This document shows positions 49,930-62,995 of a stretch of DNA of 64,000 bases, one piece after another. The translations under genes and the position numbers were made by a program. Origin of the DNA: Podarcis tiliguerta (Eukaryota); the NCBI GenBank assembly GCA_965153285.1, contig OZ229125.1; one strand, 5' to 3'. Every line of letters starts with the position of its first letter. Position 1 is the first letter of the stretch. Under the pieces are notes generated by a model. That model saw only the letters and a program-made list of their open reading frames with translations, was not told the DNA's origin and ran no database searches.

Positions 49930-51895
49930 ATGGATAGCAAGGGTTCCATTGCAGAGGAAAGACCCAATTTACCTAAGCTTACTGAAAACAATTTCAACCA
50001 ATGGAAAAGGTGCTTAGAAGCCAGATTTTTAGTTAGGGGAATTATGGAATGCATCATCCAGTTTGTATTAAGTATGTTCTAGCTTTTCAGTAATGGATAG
50101 GAAGTCTATCACGTGACTGCTACAGTCCTTTTTGGATTCAAGCATTAATCTAAATAAATCTCTCACCCAGGCACAGTGAGAGCACTTGCAGCTGTTTCAC
50201 CTGTCTTAGTGTGAACCATTTGAGTATCTAAATATTGTCCAGAATGATGGACACTGCTAGATTTTTCTGCTGCTGCCATTTCTTTATTACTGTTTCATTT
50301 TCACTGGGTGTCTCTTGTGGAACCTGTTCTGTATGCCCTACAGCTGAATCGCAACATGATTAGTGTGTCCATTTTGGACAGAATAGCTTTCTCTGTACAA
50401 TTTGAAAATGTAAAATGCCAGGTGACCAGAGATCATAGCTGTCAATGTTTCCCTTTTTTAAGGGAAATTCCCTTATTCCCAATAGGATTCCTCGCAAGAA
50501 AAGGGAAAAGTTGACGGGGCAGCCAGAGATGGTGAATTATATGCTGAAGCATGTTTGATTGATGGTGTATATGATACTAATCTTTCAGAACCCCAGACTG
50601 CAAATGGGGCACATTCATGCCAGAAGCATGAAGCAGATCCAGAAGTTTGGCACAGAAGATTTGGCAACAGAGAGATCAAAGCCATTGTGGAATTGTAACA
50701 GAAGGAGCTTGCAAGAGGGGTGAAGGTAGCCCAGAGTTCACCAGCCACAATAAAGTTTCTAAGTTCCATCACTGAAGAAAGTGTTATGCGTTCTTTTCCT
50801 CCATGTACAGAAAAGCACCAGAGTGCTTGATGTAGTCTACAGTGTTGTATGGGATCTAGGGAGTGCTCTCCAGCAGCATAATGTGGTTTGCTGGAGCCTG
50901 GGGTGCACACATGCTGGACATGCCTGCACCTGCTGGGCCAGCCTAGCCCTTGCCACAGTCACCACCGGAGCAACCCCCTGCCAAGCAGGGCCACACTGCA
51001 CTGCCTGCTCATCTGCACAGTGGGGAGGTTGGTTGGTTGATGCGGCCCTTCATGGGCAAATCCCCCCCCCAACACCCAGGGAGAGAAACACCAGCCTACG
51101 CTGGGGTCACCCCTTGCCCGCCTCCCTCCATTCAGCGAGGGAGCCGGGGACATGGCAGCGAGACCAGGCTGGGACTGGGGCCCAGAGACCCCCGGCAGCA
51201 GGAAGGGAAGGATAGGGAATTGGGGATGGGGCCCAGCAGGTCATTCCTGGGCAGGATGGGTATCCACACAGAAGCCAGTGCCTGCGTGGGGGCACCTCAA
51301 AATTGTGCACCCAGGGCCACAGCCCTGCTGCCTCCCAATGCTATGCCACTGGTTCCCTCCCTAAAGAAAAGAAGTATATTCTAATCTTACTATTTGATTT
51401 CTCAAGATACTGTGCTGTGTATTTTCTCAATGAGAAAAGTGAAACAGTGGAGATGTTCAGAAAATACTGGTACCTTGCCATGGAGAGCAACAAGTTTCAG
51501 AGGAAACCCACAACTTTCGTCAGCGACCACAGGGATGAGTTTAATACATACCGCATTCAAACCCTCCTAGAAAAGGAAGGGATTAGATGTGTAAAGAGTG
51601 TTAGTGACACTCTATAACAGAACTCAGCTGCTGAGAGAAAGTTCAGTTCTCATATGGAGATGACTAAGGTGGATGCTGAGAGATGGTGGCCTTCCCATAT
51701 ACACTGCAGTGGCTACTGCATGTCCCCACATGCATTTGGGAGCAACACACACTATTACAAGGAGGTGGGTATTCAAGGTAAAACAGGGGGCAGAAGGTGA
51801 AGTTGAGTGCTACAAAGCAAGATGTGTGGTGAAAGGTCACTCGCAAAAGTACGGAGAGGACTATGATTAGACTTTTGCACCTGTCGTGAGACACA
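49930..51895 (+). mobile_element. Decayed Ty1/Copia LTR retrotransposon internal region
   Basis: Fragments in Copia order: gag KLTENNFNQWK, protease-region LNRNMISVSIL, pre-integrase WHRRFG, integrase DFSRYCAVYFLNEKSE...QNSAAERK, RT RWVFKVK...YKARCVVKGHSQKYGEDYD*TFAPV. Stops, deletions and MITE insertions throughout. Confidence 0.8.
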
Positions 51896-53594
51896 CCCCC
51901 AGTAGTCTGATCGTTAGAACATCCTTATTCCCCCAACAGAGCTACAGTTCCCAGAGTGGTTAACAATAAATCCTTCTTCCAAGGGAACTCTGGGAACTGC
52001 TGAGCTTAGGGTTCTCCTTACAGCTCTCAGCACCCTTAACAAACTATAGTTCCCAGGATTCTTTGGGGTGGGGAAGCCATTACAGTTTAAGTGGTAGAAT
52101 AGTGCTTTAAATGTATGGTGTGGTTCCAGATTAATGTCTCCATCTGTAAAATGGGTGTAATAACATCTAGTCTCACCAAGTTATTGTATGGACATTTCAT
52201 TGTCATCTTTGTAAGGGTCTGATATTTTAATAGACTGCCTGAGTTTTTGAAACAGGTTAGTCTGTCAAGATGTAGATTATCCTGTGTTGTGTGAAGGAAG
52301 TTGCCTGGGGAAAGCGAAATTACTAAAAGGCACAAAGGCTGGGTAATCTCTAGGATGTGATATATATATATCACATATATATATATATATGGAATCTAAT
52401 GGAAACACACGGGCGTATTTTTGTTGTCTTCTCAGCCATGTAATTTGTTGATTTTAGAATAGCTCAGGGGAAGTTGGCTCATTTCACTTACCATGACTGA
52501 CTAGGTTGTGATACACTGTGACTGTTTTCACAAGTGATGTTTGAGTCAATGACGGCATTTCCAACTTTCATAAATTGAATGAAAAGGCCTCCTTGACTAG
52601 AGGGTACAACTGATTTAGGAATAGCTCTCTTCCATTTTGTGCCTGATAATAACAACATTCAAGTGTTGCATTCCAGATGTGTATTCCCCATCCTAGCCAT
52701 CTTGACAGAAGGCAACAGTACAAGTTTATAAAATTATGCACATCATGGAGAAGGTGGGTGATGTTTGTTTTATCATCATTATTATCACTGCTTCAACTGT
52801 TGCTGGATGTCCTAACTCCTTACCTGGGAGTAAACCCCATTGAACTGAATAGGACTTGTTTTTGATTAAACATTAATAATTACTATTTCATACTGGTACC
52901 ACAAAGTTTGATATATCACATTTATGGAGAAACCCCCAAAATGATAGTTTTATGTGGCACTTCAAAGACAGACACGTTTACTTGGAGCTCTTATATTAGT
53001 TATATTAATAAGGAAGACAATTCACAGCATCCTCTCTCATACTATGTAAGAATTTGGAATGCTTAACATCTGTATTTATGTTTTAGTACCACATTCTCAT
53101 TATGTTCATTGTGCTTGCTTAATATGATCTTATCCTTTTATATTTTGTAATGTAAACAGTTTTCCTGGACTGAGTTTTGCTAAAGTGTTATTACATAGAA
53201 GTCATTGTGTATAGATTGCTAACAAATTTTTTTTGTTGTTTTTGTGGGGTTGTAATATGGGGAGAAATAGTTATTTGCTCAATTGTTACTTGATGCATTG
53301 CAACCCTCCTCCTTTGCAATAACTGTTACTGACTAAAAATGACAAATATATGTACTGCTGAAGGCATTGTTATTATTCTGAACCTAGATATTATTATTGA
53401 AAGTACATAAAAGTAAAAAAAAAAAAAAAAACCAACACAACCAACACCACATGATTAGTACTGCACTGGAATTCTTTTAATACTGTAGCTGCTTTGTATT
53501 GTGTGTGTTTGTAGCCTACTGCTTTTTATTGTTTTGTCACTTGTGTTTTTTAAGCAGTTGTTATTAACTTACTGGTTACAGTTTCCAGAATGTT

Positions 53595-53960
53595 AGTGGG
53601 TTGTGTCAGTCCCACTGCAGCAAAATCAACAGGGTCCTTGGGGTACCTTAACAAGTTTATGAGGGCCAAAGCTTTCCTGGATCAGAGTCCACTTCATCAG
53701 TGGGACCTTCAGCATCCTTCATGAATCTGTTGAAGTTGATTCTAGCTCATGAAAGCTTATTCCGCTATGAAAGTGCCTTTCTTGAAAGTTAATGCAAAAA
53801 AAACCCAACAACAGCTTGCTAACAATGAAGTCCAAGTCCAATGAAGTGGGCTTCACACCATAATAAATTTGTCAGACTTTAAGGTGCCCAAATGTTTAAT
53901 GCCTGGTTTTGCTTCATTTTATAACTAAGTGTCTTGTGGTGGCACCTTAAAGACAAAGGT
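53595..53960. mobile_element. Old Penelope-like remnants with an inverted pair of decayed hammerhead motifs
   Basis: Minus strand CTGATGA-AGTGGA-CTCTGA-TCCAG-GAAAGCTT (53700-53669); plus strand CTGTTGA...GAAAGCTTA (~53727-53759). Confidence 0.55.
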
Positions 53961-54371
53961 CACTCACACCATAGATTGAAAGCACTCTTGTGTGACTTTT
54001 ATCAGGCATGGCTTCCCCCAAGAATCCTGGAAACTGTAGTTCCTTGAGAGCGTCCTAACAACTCTCAGCATCCTTAAGAAACTAGAGTTCCCAGGATTGG
54101 TGGTGGTGGGGAGCCATGCTGTTAAAGTGGTGTCAGAGTATTCGTGTGACAACAATCTGACACAACCAACACTTTATTGGATTGCCTTCTGCTTCATCAG
54201 AAGCATTACCTGTTGTTATTAGCTTCCTTGAGCTTTTTAAAGCAGGCTGCAGATGTTTCAAATCAAGGACAGCCAACACAGTGTCCTCCAAATGTTGGAA
54301 GCCAGACTGCTGGTTCATCTAACTCAGCTCTGTCTACACCAGAGGAAGAAGGACCCTGTGTCCCTCCAGTT

Positions 54372-54461
54372 CATAGCTGTCAATGTTTCCCTTTTTTAAA
54401 GGGAAATCCCCTTATTCCGAATAGGATTCCTCGCAAGAAAAGGGAAAAGCTGACAGCTATG
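54372..54461. mobile_element. 90-bp hAT MITE (TIR CATAGCTGTCA)
   Basis: TIRs with 8-bp TSD CTCCAGTT/CTCCAGAT; a second, near-identical copy at ~50434-50515 lies inside the Copia relic. Confidence 0.8.
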
Positions 54462-54733
54462 CTCCAGATCAGCCTTCCCCAGCCTGGTGCCTTCCATATA
54501 TTTTGGAGAACAACTCTCACCAGCAAGTATAGCCAGCAATCAGGAGTAGGGATGGAGGCCATTTGGTTCTTCCAGCTTGACTCTATTTTCAGGCAGGATG
54601 CAGATCACAACCTGTCAAAGTCAGGTGGGCAATTATAGTTGGAAGCTCCTGCCCAACAAACTCGCCTTTCCAAAAGACCAGACTTTTTGCGATAAAGAAA
54701 GTGAAGGGGAAATGCACTGGGAAGGGTGGGGTG

Positions 54734-55066
54734 CAGTGGCGTAGCGTGGGGGGTGCAGGGGGGGGCGGCCGCACCGGGCGCAACATCTGGGGGGGGGCGC
54801 TCGCACTCGCAGCTCTCTGCCCCTACCTGGCTCACTCACTCTCTCTCACTGCAGTGCTGGCTGTGCGAATCCGATCCAAGCCGCCGGGTCGCCGCCCACT
54901 GTGGAGGGGAGGGTGCCAGGCGTGCGGTGCGGTGCGGAGAGAGAGTGAGGGACTATCTGGGGGAGGGACAGTGCAGCGGGGGGGACAGTGCAGTGCCTTG
55001 CCCCGGGTTAGGGGGCGCAAATTACTTGCCTTGCCCCGGGTGCTGACAACCCACGCTACGCCACTG
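54734..55066. mobile_element. GC-rich non-autonomous hAT element (TIR CAGTGGCGTAGCGTGG)
   Basis: Perfect TIRs and perfect 8-bp TSD GTGGGGTG (54726-54733 and 55067-55074). Confidence 0.85.
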
Positions 55067-55479
55067 GTGGGGTGATGCTTGCTTTGGCTCAATTGTTATC
55101 TAATTTCCCCGCAAATGAATCAGAGCAGTCTGGGATTGTCTGATCTCCATGCAAACAAATCAAGATGAAACCGACCATCGTGAAGGGCGTGTAGTCCAAA
55201 TTTTATTGAGGCTGCCAGGTCGGGGAAGCCCATTCCAGATGTTCTGGGGGCCCAGCTCTTTTCTTTCCCACCCAGCCAAGGACCATGGGAATCAAGAAGG
55301 CAACAGCTGGCTGGATCAGTCCAGCGAGCCCAGCATCCTTTTCTCTCAGCAGCCTGTGGGAAGCCGGGAAGCTGGACCTGAGCGCAGCAGCCCTTTGCCT
55401 CCCTGGGATTCAGAGGCAAACTGTCTCCGACCTGCAGCCCCTGAGAGCCTTGTCCTCCGTAAATCCGTCCGCTCCTCTT

Positions 55480-56170
55480 GTAAAGCTGCCCAGGATGGCG
55501 CCCGCCTCCGGCTCCGGGGTGAAGAGCCGCTTTCTGCCCGGGATCTTCCCCCGTTCAGCTTCCTTGGAACATCCGGGAGGATTCCCCGGGCAACATCTGG
55601 TGGGCCGCCCCCCGCCGCTGCTCCAGCCAAACCCAGGAGCCGGGAATCCCATCCTGGGGAGCTGGGCTGGCGCATCCTTCAGCGCTGCCATTCCCGATCC
55701 CCTCGCCGAGCTGCTCCTGGATCCAGCCCAGCTGTTCTTCCCAGCTCGGATGGGGCGGGGGCGGGCCTGCGTCCTGGGCAGCCTCGTGCCCTCCTCCTCC
55801 TCCCTCCGTCTCGGCCTGATCACAAGCTCAAGTTTATATTGGAAGTGAGCGGAGGGAGGAGGAGGCGGAGGAGGGGTCTGGGGCTCGGCGGCGACCGAGA
55901 TTTGCTCCTCGCCCTCTCCGTCTTCTTCCCGGGATGCCCGCCGGACCGTCGGAGGGGCCGCAGTCGGGGTCGGGCCGCGGGTGTCCAGCGCCGCGCTGCC
56001 GCCTCTAGCTAAGTTTTGCCGCGGCGCGAAGCCAGAGAAGTTTGCAAGTTGCGCGGCCCGCGGGCTCGGCTCTCTGGTCCTTGGGAAAGGCCGCTCCGGT
56101 GCCCCGCGAGGCTGGCTGGCCGCCGCCTGGGAGGGAGCCTGGGCCGGGCAAGCGGGCGGCAGCGGCAGCC
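55480..56170 (+). promoter_or_regulatory. RILPL1 CpG-island promoter/5' UTR
   Basis: CpG-rich, GC boxes (GGGGCGGGGGCGGG ~55752), TATA-like TTTATATT ~55833, upstream of the ATG at 56171. Confidence 0.7.
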
Positions 56171-59100
56171 ATGGACGGCGTCTCCGGCCTGGGCTCGCCG
56201 GCGCTGGAGAAGAACGTGGCCGAGCTGACGGTGATGGACGTGTACGACATCGCCTCGGCGGTGGGCCAGGAGTTCGAGCGGCTCATCGACCAGCACGGCT
56301 GCGAGGCCATCGGGCGCCTGATGCCCAAAGTGGTGCGCGTGCTGGAGATCCTGGAGCTGCTGGTCAGCCGCAACCACCTCAACCCGGAGATGGAGGAGCT
56401 GCGCCTGGAGCTCGACCGCCTCCGCCTCGAGAGGGTGGATCGCATCGAGAAGGAGAGGAAGCACCAGAAGGTCGGCCGTGGCGGGGATCGGGGCCTCTCT
56501 CGTGGGGGGGGGGGGTCGGTTTCAGGGCAAGGCAGCCCTTCTTTCCCGTGCGCGATCCTCGAGGCAGGGAGCCGGCTGCTTACGAAACTCTGGCCGGCTG
56601 CGCGGCGCGCTGGTGCCGCAGGACTTCGCGGCATCCGCCTCGGGTGCCCGGGCTCGCTTTTGTTTTCTGCTCTTTACTCCTCAGAATTTAAGTCCTGCTG
56701 GGATCGGTGGGGTTTACTCGCGGGAAAAGGGTGTCGTAGGATTGAGGATCCTCTACACGGAAGTGGGTGGAATCCGTGCAGAGCATTTGCTGACCCCAAA
56801 GGAAAAGGGGGAAAGTCGCCAATCCCCGAGGAAGCCTTTGAGAGCCCCTCCCTTCCCTGTAACTCTTTCCAAGAATGGGGTTTACTCCTAAAGAGGGGTG
56901 GATGAAATGTGGCCCCTCGGGCCTCTCTGTCAGGCCCCCAGAGCTCTCTCTAAACCACACACACACTCTGCCCCCAGGACCCTCAAAATATTTTTGCCTA
57001 GCTGGAAAGTGTCCTTTAACGCTGACAATGGCTTTTACTTACCGGGATGGTGGATAGAGAGGAGTGTGTGTAGAAACTAGCTTTCAGTGCTATACAAAGG
57101 CAACATATGTGGCCTTTCAAAAAGGTTGTCCAGAAGCAAATACTGTATGGACCTCAAGCTGAAAAAAGGTCTCCCTCTCCTGCTGTGGAATAATATGTCT
57201 GACATGAGGCGAGTCTCTGAACATGGGCAGAATGCCATTCAATCACCATTGACTAGCCACCCTGTTCATACAGTTGAGCATCATTCTACTGAAAGGTGGG
57301 ATATAAATCTTTAAAACAACCAACCAAACATATCTGGATATCATTCAGGTTAAAAGCTTTCAGATCAACTTCTGCCTCAGAACCACTTAGCACATCATTG
57401 ATTCATCAATAAATATTGCCTGGGTGGCTTACAAACAAAACTATGAAACACACAAGTATTATTTAAAATCAGCAATGAACAATAAAAATATACATATTGG
57501 AAATCCCTATTTGCATAGAGGCAGCATAAAACAATTTGCAGCCCAGATTTAAAATAAAAAGGGATTCACTTTGCCCAAATTTACTAGCCTGAGCCTATGC
57601 ATGTTTACTCTAAAGTACCCAATGAGATTAACTCTTGCAGTTAAGTGGGGATATAGTTGCAGTCTTAGAAATTAAGGTGCTACTGGCACTCATTGAGGCA
57701 GAATTCCTATCCCACTTGATTCTAACCAGAAAAGAGGTCATTTGGTGGTGAAACAGATTCTTACTATTTTTATTAATTACATTTATATCCCACCTTTCTC
57801 TCGAGGAACTCTAGGCACATACCGGTATGTTTCTCCTCATTTTATCCTCACAATGACCTTGTCAGGAAGGACAGACTGAAAAATAGTGATGGGCCGAAGG
57901 TGAGCCTCATGGCTGAGTGGAGATTTAAACTTGGGTCTCCCCAGGCTTAGTTTAGCATTCTAAGCATCCATCAGCCTAGCTCTGTACTCTGCACTTGGCA
58001 AGAGGCACTCAAGTTGTTTTTCTTATGAGTCCTACTTTTTACTCTAGAGTTGCTCTAGAGTTGATCCCTGGCTTCAAATACAAGTTCTGGGGCTTTGAGG
58101 TTCTGCAAGCTGAGCTTGGACTATGTTAGAGCCCTAGGAAGAAGGAAAAAGAGATGGAAGAGATAAGAAAGGATATGGGATGGGAACTAGGGAGTATTAA
58201 TTTATCCACTGTACCCATTCAGTTGTCCTGGAATTATTCTCTGAGTTGACATCAGCCTCTGATTTGGTTGTGCATTAAAGTGGTAAACGAGAGGCTAAAA
58301 TAGAGTCACCAGCCACTAAAAAGATCACAGGCCTTTGACTCACTTCTCGCTCTCTCTGCCCAGAATAAATTGTGCAACAATAGCTGGGCTGTCAACTCTG
58401 GTGGATGGAGGTAACTGTTGCAGAGAGGTACTACGTAATTGTAATTCTCTGGAATTCATTGATTCCAAATATTGGGGTGTATAGCTTTGGGTAACAACAG
58501 CAGCCCCAGGATAATCTCAGAGCTGCCACCCTTCCAGGGAAATTTCTCATCCAGGTCACTTTCCATTCAATGAAAGATCAAAGAATGAGAGGATGGGGAA
58601 CCCTAAGTCTTCTGGGTAATTATTTCATGCCAGCCCTGGAGAATTTATGGCCCTCCAGATGTTTTGGGGACTACAGTACCAAACACTGCTGATTATTGGC
58701 TGTGCTGGATGATGGGAGGTAGAGACCAACAGCATCTGGAAGGGGCACAGGTTCCCCACATCTGTTTTAAACAAAGCTTTGCCTGTAGTTAGCATGTGCT
58801 CTGTCTATAGGCCATATTTCATTGGGGCAATTATACCAGATCGTCCTTTATCCTCACAACAGACATGTAAGGTAGGTTAGGCTGAGAGTTGGTGCCTGGC
58901 CCAAGGCAGGGAGTGAGTGAAAACATCAATGAGTTATGTGAGTGTTAAATGTAAAACTACACATGCTCAGTTATTTTTGTTTATCAAGGTTGGCAAAATG
59001 TGTTTGCGTTTTGCTGAGAGTTTTGAAACTGCACATGATCAGAATATTTTTTCATAGCCCATCAAAGCTTATGCCACGATCCATTTGGAAGTCTTTAAGA

Positions 59101-61277
59101 ACCCACATGACTTACTTTTATGGTACCTTATTTAATGCATTTGGTGGGGTGGGTGTCCTATTTTGGGAACTGCACCAGGCTTTCAATCTCAGAATGGAGA
59201 AGTGGCTGGGGAGGAGAGAAAGATGGCTCTCCCCAATCCACGGCCTGCTGGTGTCTTTCCTCATGGGCTTTGTTTGCTACTGGCACTGCAAAAAGTGCTT
59301 TAAAATTCCTTCCTGCTCAGCAGGTTTTAAAGCAATAACAGAAGAGGGGGTGGGAAGGGAAGGGAGCATGGCTAGAGGAGCAATAACTTAAGACCTCCTC
59401 CTGCGATAAAAGCTGGGGAGGGGGGTTATTGGTTCTTGTTTTTAATATGCATTTTGTGTTTTTGTCTTGTATTTGTATGCTGTAAACTGCCTTCATCTAC
59501 GGATGAAGGGTGGTATACAAATTTAATTAATAATAATAATAATAATAATATAAGACGAAATGGGTTAAGGAAGGTGACAGTAATACAAACGTAAACCAGT
59601 AGCAAACCAACATTCTCTGATCATATTGCATTGTGGGAAAGCAGCTATATTAGGCTTGCCAAGTTTGGTTGCCAGCTTACCAGAAGATGGCATGTCTCTG
59701 TGCCTTAAAGAGCAGCGGAGATCTACCAACAGAGCTTTTTCATAGCAAAGAGGTAAACATCAATATCTGCTGGTGTCTATGTATCACGCTGCTTGGTAAA
59801 GCTTGCAGCCCTCAATATGTTGCTGGCCTGCTACTCTCATAATTCCTGAGCCATTCTGGCTGGGGTTGATGGGAGTTGGAGCTGGGCAACATCTGGAGAA
59901 CCAGAAGTTCTCCACGCTGACTTCAGTCGCAGGAGCAAGAGCTGAGAAGAATGCTGGCAAACATATGTTCTCCCAAACCTTTCCTGAGGCCCCACCAAGA
60001 GTCTTTCTCTGGTTTTCTCCTTAACAAAGCACTCCACGCCTCCCTCTGGAGCTGGGATCTCAGCCTTGGTTGTCAGTTTACTCTGCAGGCGCAGACCAGG
60101 GTCTTTAGGAAATTGAAATAGCTCCATAGCTCAGCAGCAGAGCAGCTGCCTTGCAGGGAGAAGTTGCAAGTCCAGTTTCTGGCATCTCCATGTGGAAGTG
60201 CGAAAGACTCCTGTCTAAAACTGCAAAAGTCTGATACTAGTCAGTGCTGGTAGGGTATGGATAGCCTGTTGTTGGTCTACAGTTGGTCTATCACCATAGA
60301 CCACTCTGGCCATTGGTCATGCTGGCTGGGGCTGATGGAGTCCAACAAGATCTGGAGCAACCTGCTACCCTCCAGACACTTTGGACTACAACTTCCATCA
60401 TTCCTGACTGCTAGTCATACTGACTGTGGCTGATGGGAGCTGTAGTCCAAAACATCTGGAGGGCACTAGGTCAGGGGCGGCTGATCTGGAAGGACACAGC
60501 TTCCACCAGTTTAGTGAGCTAGATGGACCAGCAATCTGATCTGGCATAAGGCATCTAAGGTCCTATTGTGTTCCTTAAACTTTCATATTTATTTATTGCA
60601 TTTATGCCTTATCTTTATTCTGTCGTGGAACTAAAGGCAATGTACATCAGAGCTTGGAGGTTGTGTCTTCAGCCATTGACCAAAGCCAGATCTGTTGAGC
60701 CTCAGGAAAATTTGCTGATTCACATGCCTCCAAGATCCTCCGTGTGAAAATAGGAATGTAGGAAGCAGGCTTATACCATTGGTCCATCAACCCTAGTATT
60801 GTCTACACCAAGGTGGAGAACCTGTGACCCTCCAGAGGATCTTGGTCTATAGCTTCCAACATTCCTCACTTTCAGCCCTGAAAACTGAGGCTGGTGGGAG
60901 TTGTAATCCAATAATATGGGTGGTGGTGGCTACACTGTCTGGAAGCATTTCTCCAGAGTTTTAGACAGGCAGTATTTGCCAGTCCTACCTGGACATGCAT
61001 GGCTTTGAAACTGGAACCTTCTGCATGGAAAGATGCTATAACCAGCAAGATCTGGCCCTTCCATTGAACGGGAGACATTTGACCGTCCGGGACCTGAAAG
61101 TGATGGTATGCAATCTCACCCTCTAGGAGCTGGAGCTGGTGGAAGATGTTTGGCGAGGGGAAGCTCAAGATCTCCTCACCCAAATCGCCCAGCTTCAGGA
61201 AGAGAATAAGCAGCTGATGACCAACCTCTCCCACAAGGACGTCAACTTTTCGGAAGAAGAGTTCCAGAAGCATGAAG
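56171..61277 (+). CDS. RILPL1: RILP-like protein 1, coding exons 1-2 (gene continues right of the window)
   Basis: join(56171-56470,61127-61277) gives ALEKNVAELTVMDVYDIASAVGQEFERLIDQHGCEAIGRLMPKVVRVLEILE...ELELVEDVWRGEAQDLLTQIAQLQEENKQL (RH1 domain and coiled coil). Kozak GCAGCCATGG. Synteny with TMED2. Confidence 0.95.
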
Positions 61278-62336
61278 GCAAGTGGGGTAGCCAGAGATTC
61301 TCGATGACAGCATTGGGTTCATTTGACCTGAAACTCAGTAAGAAACTGTTTGGGAAAGTATAGGAGATGGCAGCAGTCAGACAAAAAGTACTGACATAAG
61401 TCTGTATGGAGCACATGGCTCCGGTTGTATGACAAGTTCACTGGCTTCCTTTTGGTTTCCTGGACCGGTTCAAATGCCTGGTTTTGACTTTCACCACCTT
61501 TAAACCAGAATGGGGGACCTGTGTCACTCCACATGGTACTGGACTGCAACTCCCATTAGCCCTGACCATTGGCTATTCTGGCTGGGGCTTATGGGCGCCA
61601 CAACTGAAAAGGCCCTTCTTTTTTGCTCACCTGCTGAGCCTCAGCTGGCAGAGGATACTGTGCAGAACCTCAGGTGCACAGGAGCGAAGTACATGGGAAA
61701 ATAATGGCTTTTGTTGCAGTTCCTTGTATATCATCTGCAATAACTATAGTAATTAAATGCACTCAGGCCAGATAGTCAATTATATGGGAGGGGAAACAAA
61801 GGGATTTGAGCTCTTGGCATGTGGGGCTAGTATTGGTCATGCAGACCCACTTAATTATACCAGGGAGGCTTGTAGCCCTCCAGATGTTGTTGGATTCTGA
61901 CACTCCTTCATCCCACCCAGCATGATCAATAGTCCGGGATTATGGGAGTTTTAATCCAGCAACATCTGGAGAGCTGCAGGTTCCCCACCTCTGGTTTATA
62001 ACAATTGCCTTTGTTGACTAGAGATTTGGGTGCTGTTGAGGAGGGAGAATTTTAAAAGAGCCTGCTGGATCAGACCAAAGGTCCATTGAGGTTCAACATC
62101 CTGCTCCCCCACAGTGCCCAGTCAAATTCTTAATTCAGAGAAGTCCACAATCAGGGCATGGAAGCAACAGCCCTCCTTTTCCTGGTGTGCCTCAGCAAGC
62201 ACTATTCACTATTCACCAACCACAGAGATTCCATTGCATTGCTGAGAATTGATAGATTTGAGGAGGAGCGGCCCAAGTCCCTTTTTATTAGTTTGTTTAC
62301 ATTTCTATACCACCTTTCCACCAATTGGTGCTCTTG

Positions 62337-62995
62337 TTGTTGTTTTTTAATAAGATTTTTATTGGGTATTTTATACTTATAACAAGAAAGACAATAAAAA
62401 ATAAACAAAAGAAAAAAAAGAGCAATACATAAATTCAACAAACAATACATCCACAATAGAAACTGAAATAAAAACAATACAACAATACAACATAAAAAAA
62501 GAAACAAAAGTAAAAACACACATCCAAATTTTATATCCACATCTTTCATTAGCTTATTTCCTCGACTTCCTCGCACCTCCCTTTTTTGTATTCTAGTTCA
62601 AGTTATCTAATTCAACAAATCCTTTCCCTCTTCTTCAATTTAATCTTTAATTTATCATAATACAATTTAATTTTCAATTTCCCAATTTAACGCATTAACA
62701 CTTAATGTTCATATCATTCTTAATAACCCTTCTGCTAAAACCGTGTAACTTCATTCCAATATACTTCTAACATTCATTATTTTTACAGTATTTTTGTAAA
62801 TATACTTTAAATTTTTTCCAATCTTCTTCCATCGACTCTTCTCCCTGGTCTCGGATTCTGCCGGTCATTTCTGCCATTTCCATGTAGTCCATCAGTTGCA
62901 TCTGCCATTCTTCCCGAGTGGGTAGTTCTTGCGTCTTCCAGTACTTTGCGATGAGTATTCTTGCTGCTGTTGTGGCGTACATAAAAAAAGTTTCT
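62337..62995 (-). mobile_element. L1/Tx1-clade LINE, 5'-truncated
   Basis: ORF2 C-terminus MYATTAARILIAKYWKTQELPTREEW...EDWKKFKVYL, long 3' UTR, AATAAA and A-rich tail; 14-bp TSD AATTGGTGCTCTTG (62323-62336 and 62996-63009). Confidence 0.82.

Noticed and set aside
55149-56012. 287-aa ORF and other long ORFs over CpG islands (4422-4838, 33203-33670, 47748-48512)
   Set aside because: Low-complexity Arg/Gly/Pro/Ala translations expected from stop-poor GC-rich promoters; no recognisable domain.
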